Below are positions 38,370 to 50,537 of a DNA stretch of 64,000 bases, one piece after another (the first letter of the stretch is position 1; every line of letters starts with the position of its first letter). The translations under genes and the position numbers were made by a program. A model generated the notes under the pieces. It had not been told where the DNA came from. It saw only the letters and a program-made list of their open reading frames with translations, and did no database searches. Origin of the DNA: Lama glama (lineage: Eukaryota); contig CM052817.1 of assembly GCA_028534125.1 (NCBI GenBank), positions 99,326,001 to 99,390,000 on the forward strand, read 5' to 3'.

Positions 38370-41300
38370 AAGTATTTTCAACTAAATGAAAATGAAAGCA
38401 CAACTTATAAAAATCTGTGGGATGCAGCAAAAGCAGTGCTTACAGGAAAATTTATAGCACTGAATGCATATATTAGAAAAGAAAAAAGATCTAAAATCAA
38501 TAACCTAAGTTTCCACCCTAGGACACTTGAATGAGAAAATTCAATCCAAAGTAAGCAGAAGAAAACTAGTAAGTTTTCAACAGTAAGAAATCAATAACAT
38601 TTTTAAAAAATCAATAGAGGAAATGAACAAAACCAAAAGCTGGTTCTTCAAAAAGATCAATACAATCAATAAGTTTCTACTCAGGCTAAGGAAAAAAGAG
38701 AAAGTACAGTCTGTGCTTCTGGACTGCTGAAAACTGTGTTTAGAAATATGCTGTATTAAAATACTAAAATGACTGATTCTTGGTTTTCAACTAGGTTTTA
38801 ACATTTCTTTTTAAATGATTGTGAAGTAAATACTCAGGTTTAGTATAAACTCTCTGCACATAATTCTTACATTAAATGTAGTTTATATAAGAAAAAAAGG
38901 ACATAATTTACTAATATCATAAATTAAAGAAGGTGTATCACCACATGTCCCATAGACATATGAAGGATATAAAAGAATACTATGTACAACTCCATGCCCA
39001 CAAATTCTATAACCTAGGTGAAATGGACCAATTCCTTGAAAGACACAATCTGTCAAAACATACATAAGAAAAAAATTGATGATCTGAATAGGCTTAAATC
39101 TACTAAAGATATTGAATAACCCCCCAAAACAGAAAGTACCAAATCCAGATGGGTTCACTGGTTAATTCTGCTAAACATTTAGGGGAAAAAATTATACCAA
39201 TTCTCTACAATCTGTTTCAGAAACAGAAGGAATACTTCTAACTCATTCTATGAATCACCACTGCCCTACAACAAAACCAGAAAAAGAAATTACAAGAAAA
39301 CTATCAATATCTTACATCAGACCAATAACTTACATTAATAAAAATGAAAAAATCCTCAGCAAACTATTAGCAAATCAAATCCAAAAAAGTCCAAGAACTA
39401 TGTACCATCACCAAGTGAGATTTATTCCAGGTATGCAAGGCTGGTTCAACATTTGAAAATCAACTGATGTAATCACATAAACATAAGAAAATAGCTGATT
39501 ATATTAGTAGATACAGAAAAAGTGTCTGAAAAATCCAACAGCCATTCATTTTAAAAACTCCAAATAGATCTAAGGATAGTGGTAACTTTCTTAACTTGAT
39601 AAAGACTATCTACAAAAATCTGCAGCTAACATTATGTTTAATGGGAAGAAATTCAATACTTTCCCACTACAATGAAGCAAAAGGCAATAATGTCCCCTCT
39701 CACCATTTATTTTCAATATTGTACAGGATGTTCTTGTTAAAACAGTTAAGTAAGAAAAGGAAATAAATGATACACTGATTGTGAAGGAACACATAACACT
39801 GTCTCTGTTTGCAGATGACATGATCACTATGAAGAAAATCTAGAAATGACAAAATAAATCCTGGAAATAATAGGTGATTACCACAAGGTTGCAAAATACA
39901 AAGTTAATATAAAAAAGTCAATTGCTTTCCTGTGTGCCAATAATAAACAAGTGGAATATGATATTTAAAACACAATAATTTTACATAAGACTCCCCAAAA
40001 TGAAATACTTAGATATATACTAACCAAAATACGTACAATATCTATATGAGGAAAACAATAAAACTGATGCATGAAATCAAAGAACTAAATAAGTGGAGAG
40101 AAAATCCATGTTTGTGGGTAGGAAGACTCAGTACTCTCAAGATCTATGTTCTTCCTAACTTGATCTATAGATTCAATGCAATTCCAATAAAAATCCCAGA
40201 AAATTATCTTACAGATATCGACAAACCATTCTAAAGTTTATAGAGAGCAAAAGCCCAGAATAGCCAACACAGTATTGAAGGAAAAGAACACAGTTGTAAC
40301 ACTAATGCTACCTGACTTCAAGATTTACTAAAAAGCTATAGTAATCAAGACAGTGTGGTACTGGCAAAAGAAGACATAAATAGATCAATGAAATAGAATA
40401 GAGAATCTAGAAACAGACCCACATAAATATAGTCAACCAATCTTGACAAAAGAGGAACACAAGCAAGACAATGAACCAAAGGTACTCTTTTCAACAAATG
40501 ATGCTGAAACAACAGCACATCCACACCCAAAGAATCTAGACACAGACCTTAAACCCTTCATAAAAATTAACTAAAAATGGACCTAAATGTAAAATTCAAA
40601 ACTATAAAACTCCTAAAAGACAACACAGAGGAAAACCTAGATGACCATGGATACGGTGACATCTCTTTAGATACAGCATCAAAGACACAATCCACGATAA
40701 AAAAAAAAAATTGGTAAACTAGACTTCATTAAAATTAAAAACTGCTTGGCAAAAGAACAGTATCAAAAGAATTAAAAGATAAGACACAGACTGGGAGAAA
40801 ACACTTGCAAAGGACATATCTGATAAAGGACTGTTACCCAAAATACACGAAGAACTCTAAAACTCAACAACCAATTAAATTTAAAAAAAAATTAGGACAA
40901 ATGACTTAATAGACACCTTACCAAGGAAAGTATACAGATGGCAAATAAGAGTATACAAAATGCTCCACATTATATGTCATCAGGGAAATGTAAATTAAAG
41001 AAACAATGAGATTACCACTACACACCTACTACAATGGCCAAAATCCAGAAGACTGACAGCACCAAATGCTGGTGAGGATGGGGAGCAACAAGAGTTCTCA
41101 TCACTGCCAGTGGGAATTCAAAATGGTACAGCCACTTTGGAAGATAGTTCAGCAATTTCTTACAAAAGTAAACACTTTTACTATTCAATTCAGCAATCTC
41201 ACTTCTTGATGTTTATCCAACAAAGCTGAAAACATACCTCTACAAACATACCTGCACAAGCATGTTTATACTAGCTTTATTCATAATTACCAAAACTTAC

Positions 41301-42875
41301 AAACAACCAAGATGTGCTTCAGTATGTCAATGGATAAACTGTGAACATCCAAACAATGAAATATTATTTAGCCCTACAAGAAATGAGCTATCAAGCTACG
41401 AAAAGACATGGAGGAATCTTAAATGCTTATTACTAAGTGAAAGAAGCCAATCTGGAAAGGTTACATACTCTATGATACCAACTATATGACATTCTAGAAA
41501 AGACAAAATTAGCAACATAATAAAAAGATCAGTGGTTGTTGGGTTCGGAGGGGAGTGGGATGAATAGGCAGAGCATAAAGGATTTTTAGAGTAGTGAAAA
41601 TATTCTGCGTAATACCATAATGATGAGCACATGCCATTATACATTTGTCCAACCAAGATGGAGTAATAAGCATAATATAGCCTCGTTACCTTGTGTATTA
41701 GAACTAAAATTATAGAAAAAAATATATAATTTTAAAAAGCATTTTCCTAACTACTCTGAAAACTGAACAAAAGCAGGTATATTGGTGCAGGAGACCTAAT
41801 ACTTGGAGATTACCCATTTTAGAGGTAAGAGTCTCAATCTTCACCTTTCTCTTATAAAACATGACCTAAGAATGAGTCCTTGGCTCAAAGCTGGTCCCTG
41901 TCAGACATTCAGGTAGCTCATATTCTGAGAAATACTGTCCTTCTGGTTAGAGACACTGAGAAAATGGGCACTTACAGGCTAGAGAGGGAAGGGGGAGTCC
42001 TAAAAATAAGCAAACAAGAGAGAAGGAACTTGAAAATATGTGTAAAAACCTGCAAAAGCCCTAAACTGACCCAAGAGATGCTCATGTACGGGACAGACTC
42101 AGACCAGAATATCAAGTCTTTCTAAATTGAAAGAAGATTTGAATTATTACCAAATTCTTGGCCTAATCCCTGAGTGGTACATGTGCAAGACTCAAAGCAA
42201 GACAAGAGAGGTTTTTTAAAATGAAGTGACATCAGAACCACCACCCACAAAGGGTATGTAGAACTTGTGGTCTGATCCTTCTTGCTGAAACAAAACAACT
42301 CAACATTTGTTAGTGAATTATAAGACACAGAATCTATAAAAGATAACACTTACAATGTCCTTGACATATTAAACAATACTGAATGTATGAAGAACCAAGA
42401 AAATGTGACTACTTCTCATGGGAAAATACAATGAACAGATGCTAATGAGATAGGCAAATTCTTAGACTTAGCACACAAAGATTTTAAAGAAGCTATTACA
42501 ACTATACTCCAGAAGGTAAAGGTAAATACAGACTAAATGGATCAGAAAATAGCATTCTCATAAAAAGAAAGAAAACACAAAAATTCACCATGTTGAAATT
42601 ATAAAACTGAAATGTATAATAGTTGAAATAAAATGTTCATGAGATGAGCTCAATATGAAAATAGAAAAAGCAAAGAAAAAGTTTATAAATTTGAAGATCA
42701 TGTTTATCACACATACCAAGTTTCTATATCAACAGAAAGTATCAAATCTGAAGAACAGAGAGAAAAGTGATTCAAAGAAACTAAAAAGAGACTCAGATTT
42801 GTATAAAAGCTCTAATATTCACTAGAAATCCAAATAAAAGAGAAAATATCTGAAACAAAAAAAAAATGTTTTAAG

Positions 42876-42990
42876 ATAAGGGCACAGCTCAGTGGTAGAG
42901 CATGTGCTTAGCATGCACAAGGTCCTGGGTTTAACCCCCAGTACTTCCATTAAAATAAATTAAATAAATCCTAATTACCCCTCCCAAAAT
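42876..42990 (+). mobile_element. tRNA-derived SINE (Vic-1-like)
   Basis: AGGGCACAGCTCAGTGGTAGAGCATGTGCTTAGCATGCACAAGGTCCTGGGTTTAACCCCCAGTAC...CCTAATTACCCCTCCC. Confidence 0.85.
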
Positions 42991-43843
42991 TTTTTTAATT
43001 AATTAATTTTAAAAATAAAACAAGGGCTTAAATTTGAATGATAGTAACAAAGAAAATGAAACATCAGGGAGTATAGAGGAGTGAGGGGAGACTAAAGAAT
43101 ATGTCCTGAAAGCAAGTACAAAAATCTAACATATTATATTTAGCAAAGAAAGAGTGGATTTAATGCAGATTTCTCCTTAAAAATCATGGAGGCCAACAGA
43201 CAGAAAATATTTTAAAGGACTGAAAGAAAATAACTAGGAACACAGAATTCTACATGCAACAAAAATATTCTTGAGTGATGAAGGCCAAACAAAAACATTT
43301 TCAGAAGGAAAACTAAGAAAATATGCTTCCCTCAAAACTATTCAACAAGAAATGCTTCCCTCAGGAATGAAGGAAGATCCAAAGAACTGTAAATTTCCGA
43401 ATAAATGTAAGTTTTTCCTTTTCTTAAATTCTTTATACTACTTATTACAAGTGGAACTAAAAATTATAACATTGTCTATAGAGGCTTGTGATGCATTAGA
43501 TGTAAAATGGAACAATGGTGGAAGTTAAAGGTATCAATGTATTTGCAAAGGTTCTGTATTGTATTTGAAAAGGTAGAATATTAACACTGGGTATACTGTG
43601 AAATTTCTGAAGTAATCATTAAAAAAACTACACAAAGAGATCCAAAACTAAATAGAAGTTTTAAAAGAATTCAAATACAAAGAAAAGGAGAAACAAAGGG
43701 GAAAAATTATACTGAGACAAATAAATAATTAAATGCTAGACGAGGATAAAGCCTTATCAAAAATTACATTAAAAGTCAAGTTGAAACACAATGAAAAGAC
43801 TGAGTGACTCAGAGTAATAAAACATCCAACCATATACACTGTG

Positions 43844-44264
43844 TGTATTAGTCACTGTTTTCTATAGAAAGAGAAGCAGCAGGATGTGTATATATTCAGA
43901 GAAAGACTAATACTTATTTTAAAACATTGGCTCATGCAATTGTGAAGGCTAAGTACAAAATCTACAAGATTGACAAGTACTTTGGGAGACTGAGGAAAAA
44001 CTGTGATTCAAGTCCAAAGGTATTATGTTGGCAGAATTCCTTTTTGTTTGGGGGAAGGTAAGTCTTTGTTCTATTAATACTTTCAACTGATTTGATGAGC
44101 CCTATCCATATTATGGGTTGCAACCTGCTTTACTCAAAGGCCACCAATTTAAATGTTGACTACATCCAAAAGATACCTTCCCCAAAATATCCAGAATAAT
44201 GTTTGACCAAACATCAAGACACTATGGATGGCCCAGCCAAAATGACACAAAATTTGCTATCAGA
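43844..44264 (-). mobile_element. ERVL solo LTR (MLT2-like)
   Basis: Reverse strand starts TCTGATAGCAAATTTTGTGTCATTTTGGCTGGGCCA and ends ...CTAATACA; TSD-like CTGTG / TTGTG. Confidence 0.8.
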
Positions 44265-45461
44265 TTGTGTCATGAAGAAATTCAATTAACTATAAAGATA
44301 GAGATAAATTAAAAGAATGGGGAAAAAAAGATACACCATGCAAACCTAAAGCAAATAAAGCTGGATTAGAAATATAAATACCACACTAAGTAGATTTCAC
44401 ATCAAAAAAACATTTCTAGGGGGAAAAAAGGTAATAACATAATTATAAAAGCATCAATTCCCAAAAAGACAATTCTAAATATAGTTGTACTTAATATCAG
44501 AGTTAAAATACATGAAGCAAAAAAATGGTAAAAACACAAAGAAAGAAAAATAGAGAAAAACATAATTATAGTCAGAGGTTTCCATAATCATATCTCAATA
44601 AATGACAGAATAGGTAGACAAGGGTCAGTAATGGCACAACAGATCTGAAGAACACTATCAACTAAGTTAGCCTGCTTGACATTTACGGAATACTAATATC
44701 TACTAATACTGAATATCCAACAACATTAGAATACATGTACTTTTCCAGTGCATATGGAACATCTTCCCAGATACATAACCATATTCCAGACCATAAAGCA
44801 AGTATCAATAAATTTCAAAGGATTCAAGTCATACAAAGATCCTCATAGAATATGATGGAATTAGAATTCAAACATGATTTCTGGAACACACTTTCAAATT
44901 ACAAATGGATAAAACAAGAAATGAAAAAAAAATTATTTTAAATTGAATAAAAATGACATTAAACTGAAGTGCTTAGGAAGAAATTTAAAGCACCAAATAC
45001 CTATATTCAAAAAGAAAAAGAGTCTCAAAACAGTGACAATCAATAAATTTGATGAACCTCTGGTCAGACTGATTTGGAAAAAAAATAAAAAAGAAAAATT
45101 ATTAGTATCATTAATGAGAGGTAAAAATCACTACAAGCTTTTCAGATATTTAAATGAAGGAACAACTTTATATCAATAAATCTGACAGTTTAGATGAAAT
45201 AGACAACTCCTTGACAGATACAAATTTACCAATGTTCATCAAAGAAGAAACATAACCTAAACAGTCCTGTATCTATTAAGAAAATTGAATTTATAGCTAA
45301 AAAGATGCCTATGAAGAAAATTGCATGCCTAGGTAACTTCACTGGTAAATTTTAGCAAACATTTAAAGAATAAATAACAACAATTCTATACAAACTCTAC
45401 AAGAAAATTGAAAGAGTAGGAGATATTTGCCAAATCATTCTGTGGGTTCAGGACTTACTTT

Positions 45462-45794
45462 TACATTTAAATCAGTAGACTGAGTCAAGCAGATTACCCT
45501 TTATAATGTGGGTGCTTCATCCAATCAGTTGAAGGCCTTAACAGAAAAGAAGACTGACTTTCCTAAAGGAAAAGGGAATTCTAGCAGACAGCTTTTGGAC
45601 TCAAACTACAACATCAGTTTTTATCTGGGTCTCCAGCCTGCCAGCCTAACCTGCAAATTTTGGACCGGTCAGCTTCCACAATCACATAAGCCAATTCCTT
45701 AACGTAAATTTCAATTTCTCTTTCTCTCTCTCATATACATACACACACTCTTTACCATTTTAGTTGTGTTTCTCTGGGGATCTCTGAAAATATA
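45462..45794 (+). mobile_element. ERVL LTR fragment (MLT2D-like), 5'-truncated
   Basis: AATCAGTAGACTGAGTCAAGCAGATTACCCT...CATCCAATCAGTTGAAGGCCT...AGCCAATTCCTTAA. Confidence 0.8.
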
Positions 45795-45816
45795 CTCCTT
45801 AAGAATAATGTATAAA

Positions 45817-45925
45817 AGGTAGGGAATAGCTCAGTGGTAGAACACCTACTTAGCATGCACAAGGTCCTGGGTTCAATCTCCAGGACCTCTACTCAAAAAA
45901 AACAAACAAACAAACAAAAAAGATG
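45817..45925 (+). mobile_element. tRNA-derived SINE (short Vic-1-like variant)
   Basis: GGGAATAGCTCAGTGGTAGA...CTTAGCATGCACAAGGTCCTGGGTTCAATCTCCAGG followed by an A/(CAAA)n tail. Confidence 0.85.
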
Positions 45926-46218
45926 AAATAAAATAATTTTTAAAAAAAGGCAAGAGGTAAGAAAAAGAAAACAGGTAGCTATAGAAAAAATAAGGATAAT
46001 GCTTAAAGTCATCTTCTCTTGGAGAGAGTGAGTATTGAAACGTAACAAGTAAAGAATCTGTAATAGAGGCTTAATGTAGGAAATTCATTACAACTAGATC
46101 ACTAAATTAGTTACTGTAACTGATCGTCCAGCAAAGTAGCTATTAAATTTTTGTGGCCCCAAAACCTTCTCATTAAATGAAAGATTTAAAACAAAAGGAC
46201 TCTTTTGCTGCTGCTGAT

Positions 46219-46608
46219 TGTTATGGACTGAGTATGTGCTTCTCAATTCATATGTTAAAGCTCTAAGCCCCCCAGTGGCAGTACTTGGAGATGGAACCTA
46301 CAAGAAAGCAATTAAGATTAAATCAGGTCATAAAGGTAGGTCCCTCATTGAATGGGATGAGTGTCCTTATAAGATGAGACCAAAGAGCATGCTCTCTCTC
46401 TTCCTGTCTGTGCACACACAAAGAAGTCATGTGATTAAACAGGAAACAGCTATCTGCAACCCAAAGGGAGAGCCCTCAGCAGACACCAACCCTGCAGGCA
46501 CCTCGATCTTGAACTTCTAGTCTCCAGAACTGTGAGAAAATAAATTTCTGGTGCATAAGCCAACTGGACTAGGGTACTTTGTCATGGCATCCCAGGTAGA
46601 CTAATACA
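46219..46608 (+). mobile_element. ERVL-MaLR solo LTR (MLT1A/B-like)
   Basis: TGTTATGGACTGA start; TCTCCAGAACTGTGAGAAAATAAATTTCTG; ...GACTAATACA end; CTGAT / ATGAT flanks. Confidence 0.85.
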
Positions 46609-46989
46609 ATGATGATTTTGGATTGGTGTGGAAGAGGTAATATTTTAAAGGGATGATAAAGACCTTCTCTTGGCTCACAATTGAATCCTACTGTTCTAAA
46701 ACCTAAACATAATGCTGCTGAAGAATTCAACATTACAACAGCTGTGTAACAGCACTAACCACACAAAACACTGGAACAATTTGCCTGATCTGTCCTCACA
46801 TATTAAATCGTAACACAGCCTCTGTAATTAAAGATTTGTTGCAAGAACGTAACACATGAAATAAAGGGATCTTACATCTTAACTCATTTTATAAGATCCA
46901 GTAATACTTTTTATATCTAAAAATCTACCATTTCCAAACTAACCTCTTATATAAAACATATTAAAATTGTCAATATGTTAAACTCTTAC

Positions 46990-47087
46990 CGTAACCCATT
47001 CCTTTGGTCAAAAGCAGGTATCATAGAGTTAGGATGTTCTGCCATTAATGCAACGAGCAGCTGCAGAACGTCCATTAGATTGTCATC
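46990..47087 (-). CDS. LRBA: LRBA coding exon (approx. exon 17), 98 nt
   Basis: TTAG|GAT acceptor, CG|GTAAGA donor; [32 protein letters not shown](R). Confidence 0.96.
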
Positions 47088-47128
47088 CTAAAACCATTTC
47101 AGAATTTTTTTAAATAAAGAAAAATAAC

Positions 47129-47172
47129 ACAACATTGTAAAATGATTATAAATCAATAAAAAATGTTAAAAA
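47129..47172 (+). mobile_element. Micro L1 3'-tail insertion
   Basis: Same tail as the insertion at 38323; perfect 13-bp TSD AAAGAAAAATAAC at 47116-47128 and 47173-47185. Confidence 0.85.
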
Positions 47173-47851
47173 AAAGAAAAATAACTTATTTGAACAATGG
47201 CTACTTCTTAAACAATAAAAAATTCAACTTTAAAAAAATAAGTAGACAAATAGACAAATATACGTGTTTTTAACAAACTAGTTCTTTACATATACATATT
47301 CATCTACATAACTCAAAATATACATCAAATAATCAGATAATTTCCTAATCAAAGATATAAAATGTCTCTTACATTATATTGTATCAAGATTTCCTAAAAC
47401 ATACTCTAGATACAAGCGATCTGACTTTCAGGTTTGGTTTTTTTTTTTTTTTTTTAAAAAAAAAGAAAGAAAGTCTATACATCAAGAAATTGGGCGAGGA
47501 GAAACCAGGTTGTTCTTTTTTATTACATATTACAGCAAGACATATTAAAGCCTTTAATATGCTAACAGATGTTGTGAATATGGTAGTGGTCTTGGGGAAA
47601 ACACATTGTGTATCATTTCCTAAGCTTATTTAACTAGGACCACTTTCAGCACTGAGGCTGATAGCTGGATAGTTCTCATATATTATCTGTTGTCTGGATT
47701 AAAGATATTGATGATCAATAAATGTTTACTGAGTCAATATACTCTGTATGTGGTATAACTTGGTAACATTTGCAGAATAGCAGAGGAACACACGTGAGTT
47801 CTGAAATCCAGAAATTTCAAGAAAATCCTTCACAGGGAAGTGGGGGCAGCT

Positions 47852-47975
47852 GGGAGGTTATAGCACAGTGGTACAGTGCGTGCCTAGCATGCCTGAGGTC
47901 CTGAGTTCAATCCCCAGGACCAACATTATAAATAAATAAATAAACCCAATTACCTCCCCTCACCAAAAAACAAAT
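47852..47975 (+). mobile_element. tRNA-derived SINE (Vic-1-like)
   Basis: GGGAGGTTATAGCACAGTGGTA...GAGTTCAATCCCCAGG...(TAAA)n CCCAATTACCTCCC; AATCCTTCACA / AATTCTTCACA flanks. Confidence 0.85.
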
Positions 47976-49136
47976 TTTTTTTTTAATTCTTCACATTGAA
48001 TAGTCCAGTATGCATGCATACCATTAGGGCCAACGTGGCAACACGAACCCAAGAAGTAAAGGGAAGCAGCAGTTACTCATCTCTGTTGCCACCACCTCCA
48101 GGTTTTCCTTCACACCTTTGAACTTTTACTGTGGTAGCTACCTGAATATTTAATTTTCAATATGCTAAGAAAATGATCTAGAAGTAAGGTACTGAGCCTT
48201 TGGAAAAGTGTTATTTCAAGGACCTGAAAAAATTCCTGATTTAATAGTTTCAAAGAAAACAGAAAGTCACTGTGACTTTCAGTTTCTGTCTTGTGAAATA
48301 TTTTGGTTTCAGGGTCAGAAAAATCTAAAATTATATCCTACTCTAGACAAAAATGAAATCACAGTCATTAATGTTTGTTTCAAATATGAGTGAATCAAGA
48401 AATTTACCCCATTCTTTTCTGCCCCAATTAACAAAGATAGGTCCAAACAGTATCTCTTACCCATTAATGATTTTAAAAGGTACTATTTCATGCTGTAACA
48501 GATATCTGTAAACTCACAAGACATGAATTATAACATAGAAATGTAAGTTATAATATAAATGTTGTATTTTATATGAAATCAATTTCCAAATTCTACTTAT
48601 TTAAAACACATTTAATCAGATAATTTATTTAGACTACATCTGGCATATTTTACATTTTCCCAGTGCTAAAAAATATTTCAACCTATTTATTTTTTAGCCT
48701 CCTTTTCAACCACATAATTTTAAATTGATTTTAAATGAGCTATTTAATTTAACAGTATTTGAACATGCAAAATCAGTGGGAAGATGATGTTATAAATTAA
48801 AAAGTCCAATCATTTTTGGTCATTTTTGTTACCTATTTTTCCATTTGTTAAACTGGTTTCTGGAAAAATACTGAAAGTATTCTCTGGTTTACTTTATTCT
48901 TAGGTCAATGAGATCTAATTTTAACAGTTTTTAAGTCTTTCACAATTATTCTCAGAGGAATTTTGTGGTATAAAGAATATTTAAATGAAGGTTCCTAAGA
49001 TTTAGTTCCTAGATACATTTACTCTCCATTATAGTTATATGACTAATGAAAGATTTCTTTAACTTTTTTACTTTTAAAAAAAGCCCATAATGCAGCTTTA
49101 AAAAATAAAACCACAAATATAAAATTCAAATGTTAC

Positions 49137-49199
49137 CTCATGCATAGTGAGAAGGTAATTAAGGATGGCCTGTAGCTCATCTTCCTTTACTCCAGAATC
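49137..49199 (-). CDS. LRBA: LRBA coding exon (approx. exon 16), 63 nt
   Basis: AAAG|GAT acceptor, GAG|GTAACA donor; DSGVKEDELQAILNYLLTMHE. Confidence 0.95.
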
Positions 49200-50457
49200 C
49201 TTTAAAAACATAATACAAGAATCTTACATATGGTAAGTTGCTATAAATATAAAAGATAATGTAATATAGAATGTAAATTTAAAATAAAAATTGGAGGAAG
49301 CACTAAAGACATGTCATATGCAAGACTCTGTAGAAGTCAAAGGAGATCTGACATCAGAATCCTGTTTTGAGCATCTTATGACATATAACCTATCTAGTAA
49401 AGCTACAGAATCTTGAACTAAGGAAAAATAATAATTAACAATAAGTAAAAGGATATTACTCACACCTGTCACTCCTCTAAATACAGAAGACAATTTTTCT
49501 ATTTTTTTTTCTATTAAATTTGGAGAGTAAAATGAACAGTTGCTAAAATTGCCAGGTTAAAATGTCAGGTACTAAAAATTGAACAGTAATTTCACTGGGA
49601 AAAACACTGTATTTTAAAATATGAATTTATTATGGAAAATTTCAAGCTACTGTATTAATTTATTAACCATGAAGCTGAAATCTCAAAAAAGAACTGTAAG
49701 AAAGAGAACTAGAAAACAAAATACACTAGGAAAAAATAGAAGCAGACAATTCAAGGGATAAATTTTTTAATAAGTAGAAATAAACTATCTGAGTCTGGAA
49801 GATACAATTAAAGTTAGATCTACTTACCACAATATTACATGACAGCTAATAAAGCATTAAATTGTAAGAGTAAGAAATAAAATGATACAGGAAAATACTG
49901 AATAGAATATTGGCCACAAACACATTTATACACTGCCAACTTACAAAACCAAAACACATTCATTAAAAAATAATGTTAAATTTTACTTAACCTGTAATAG
50001 AATGAAATGGGGAAATGTCATCATTTCTAAAGGCCTATATACATATCATGGACATTTACACAGGAAAATTATTTCTCAAAATCTGAATATCAAGTACAAG
50101 GAGCCCCTAAAAATGAAACCTCCTCGAGAGGCTTTGTTGACTCCTGCATCACCAGTTCTAAGAATAGCACAAGTAACAGCACTCAGTAAATGTTTGCTGA
50201 ATGAAAGAATGAATACACTTGAACTCCTAGACACAGAAATTCATGTAATATATATTACAATTAACAATCTCCAAGTCTGCATTAATGTTTATCAACAGAT
50301 GCCTAAGAAAGAAGGACAAAATACAAAGGAGTAAATAAATATCTCTCAAAGTGTTTTCCTGTTAACAGAGCAAAGAGTAAATAAACCAAGATTTTATTTT
50401 ATGTGAAACTGTAAGTTACAATACACACGTGCTATAGGGTAAGAAATGCAAACTCAC

Positions 50458-50537
50458 CTTCATCACTAATTGCTTAATGAACATCAACAAGAATGCTCGT
50501 AGGGAAAGTATTTCTTTTTGATTAGGTCGTGGCCCAT
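50458..50537 (-). CDS. LRBA: LRBA coding exon (approx. exon 15), 80 nt
   Basis: poly-T then AAAAG|AT acceptor, AAG|GTGAGT donor; (D)GPRPNQKEILSLRAFLLMFIKQLVMK. Confidence 0.95.

Larger units (their letters stand above)
37478..41655 (+). mobile_element. Degraded L1 ORF2 plus 3'UTR (L1MC-like), with three nested inserts
   Basis: Collinear EN/RT remnants (e.g. FIPGMQGWFNI, YRFNAIPIKIP in the ORF track) with many stops and frameshifts; 3'UTR ...GAATAGGCAGAGCATAAAGGATTTTTAG...CATTATACATTTGTCCAA. Confidence 0.9.
42350..45460 (+). mobile_element. Second degraded L1 (ORF1 and 5' ORF2 remnants), interrupted by a SINE and an MLT2 LTR
   Basis: ORF1-like A-rich text (ATCAAATCTGAAGAACAGAGAG, ATCATGGAGGCCAACAGACAG) then EN-like text (GAAGAACACTATCAAC, CAGTGCATATGGAACAT). 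Confidence 0.75.

Noticed and set aside
37478..45460. Reverse-transcriptase/endonuclease-like peptide fragments as a possible active or domesticated gene
   Set aside because: Fragmented by many stops and frameshifts; ordinary dead L1 copies.
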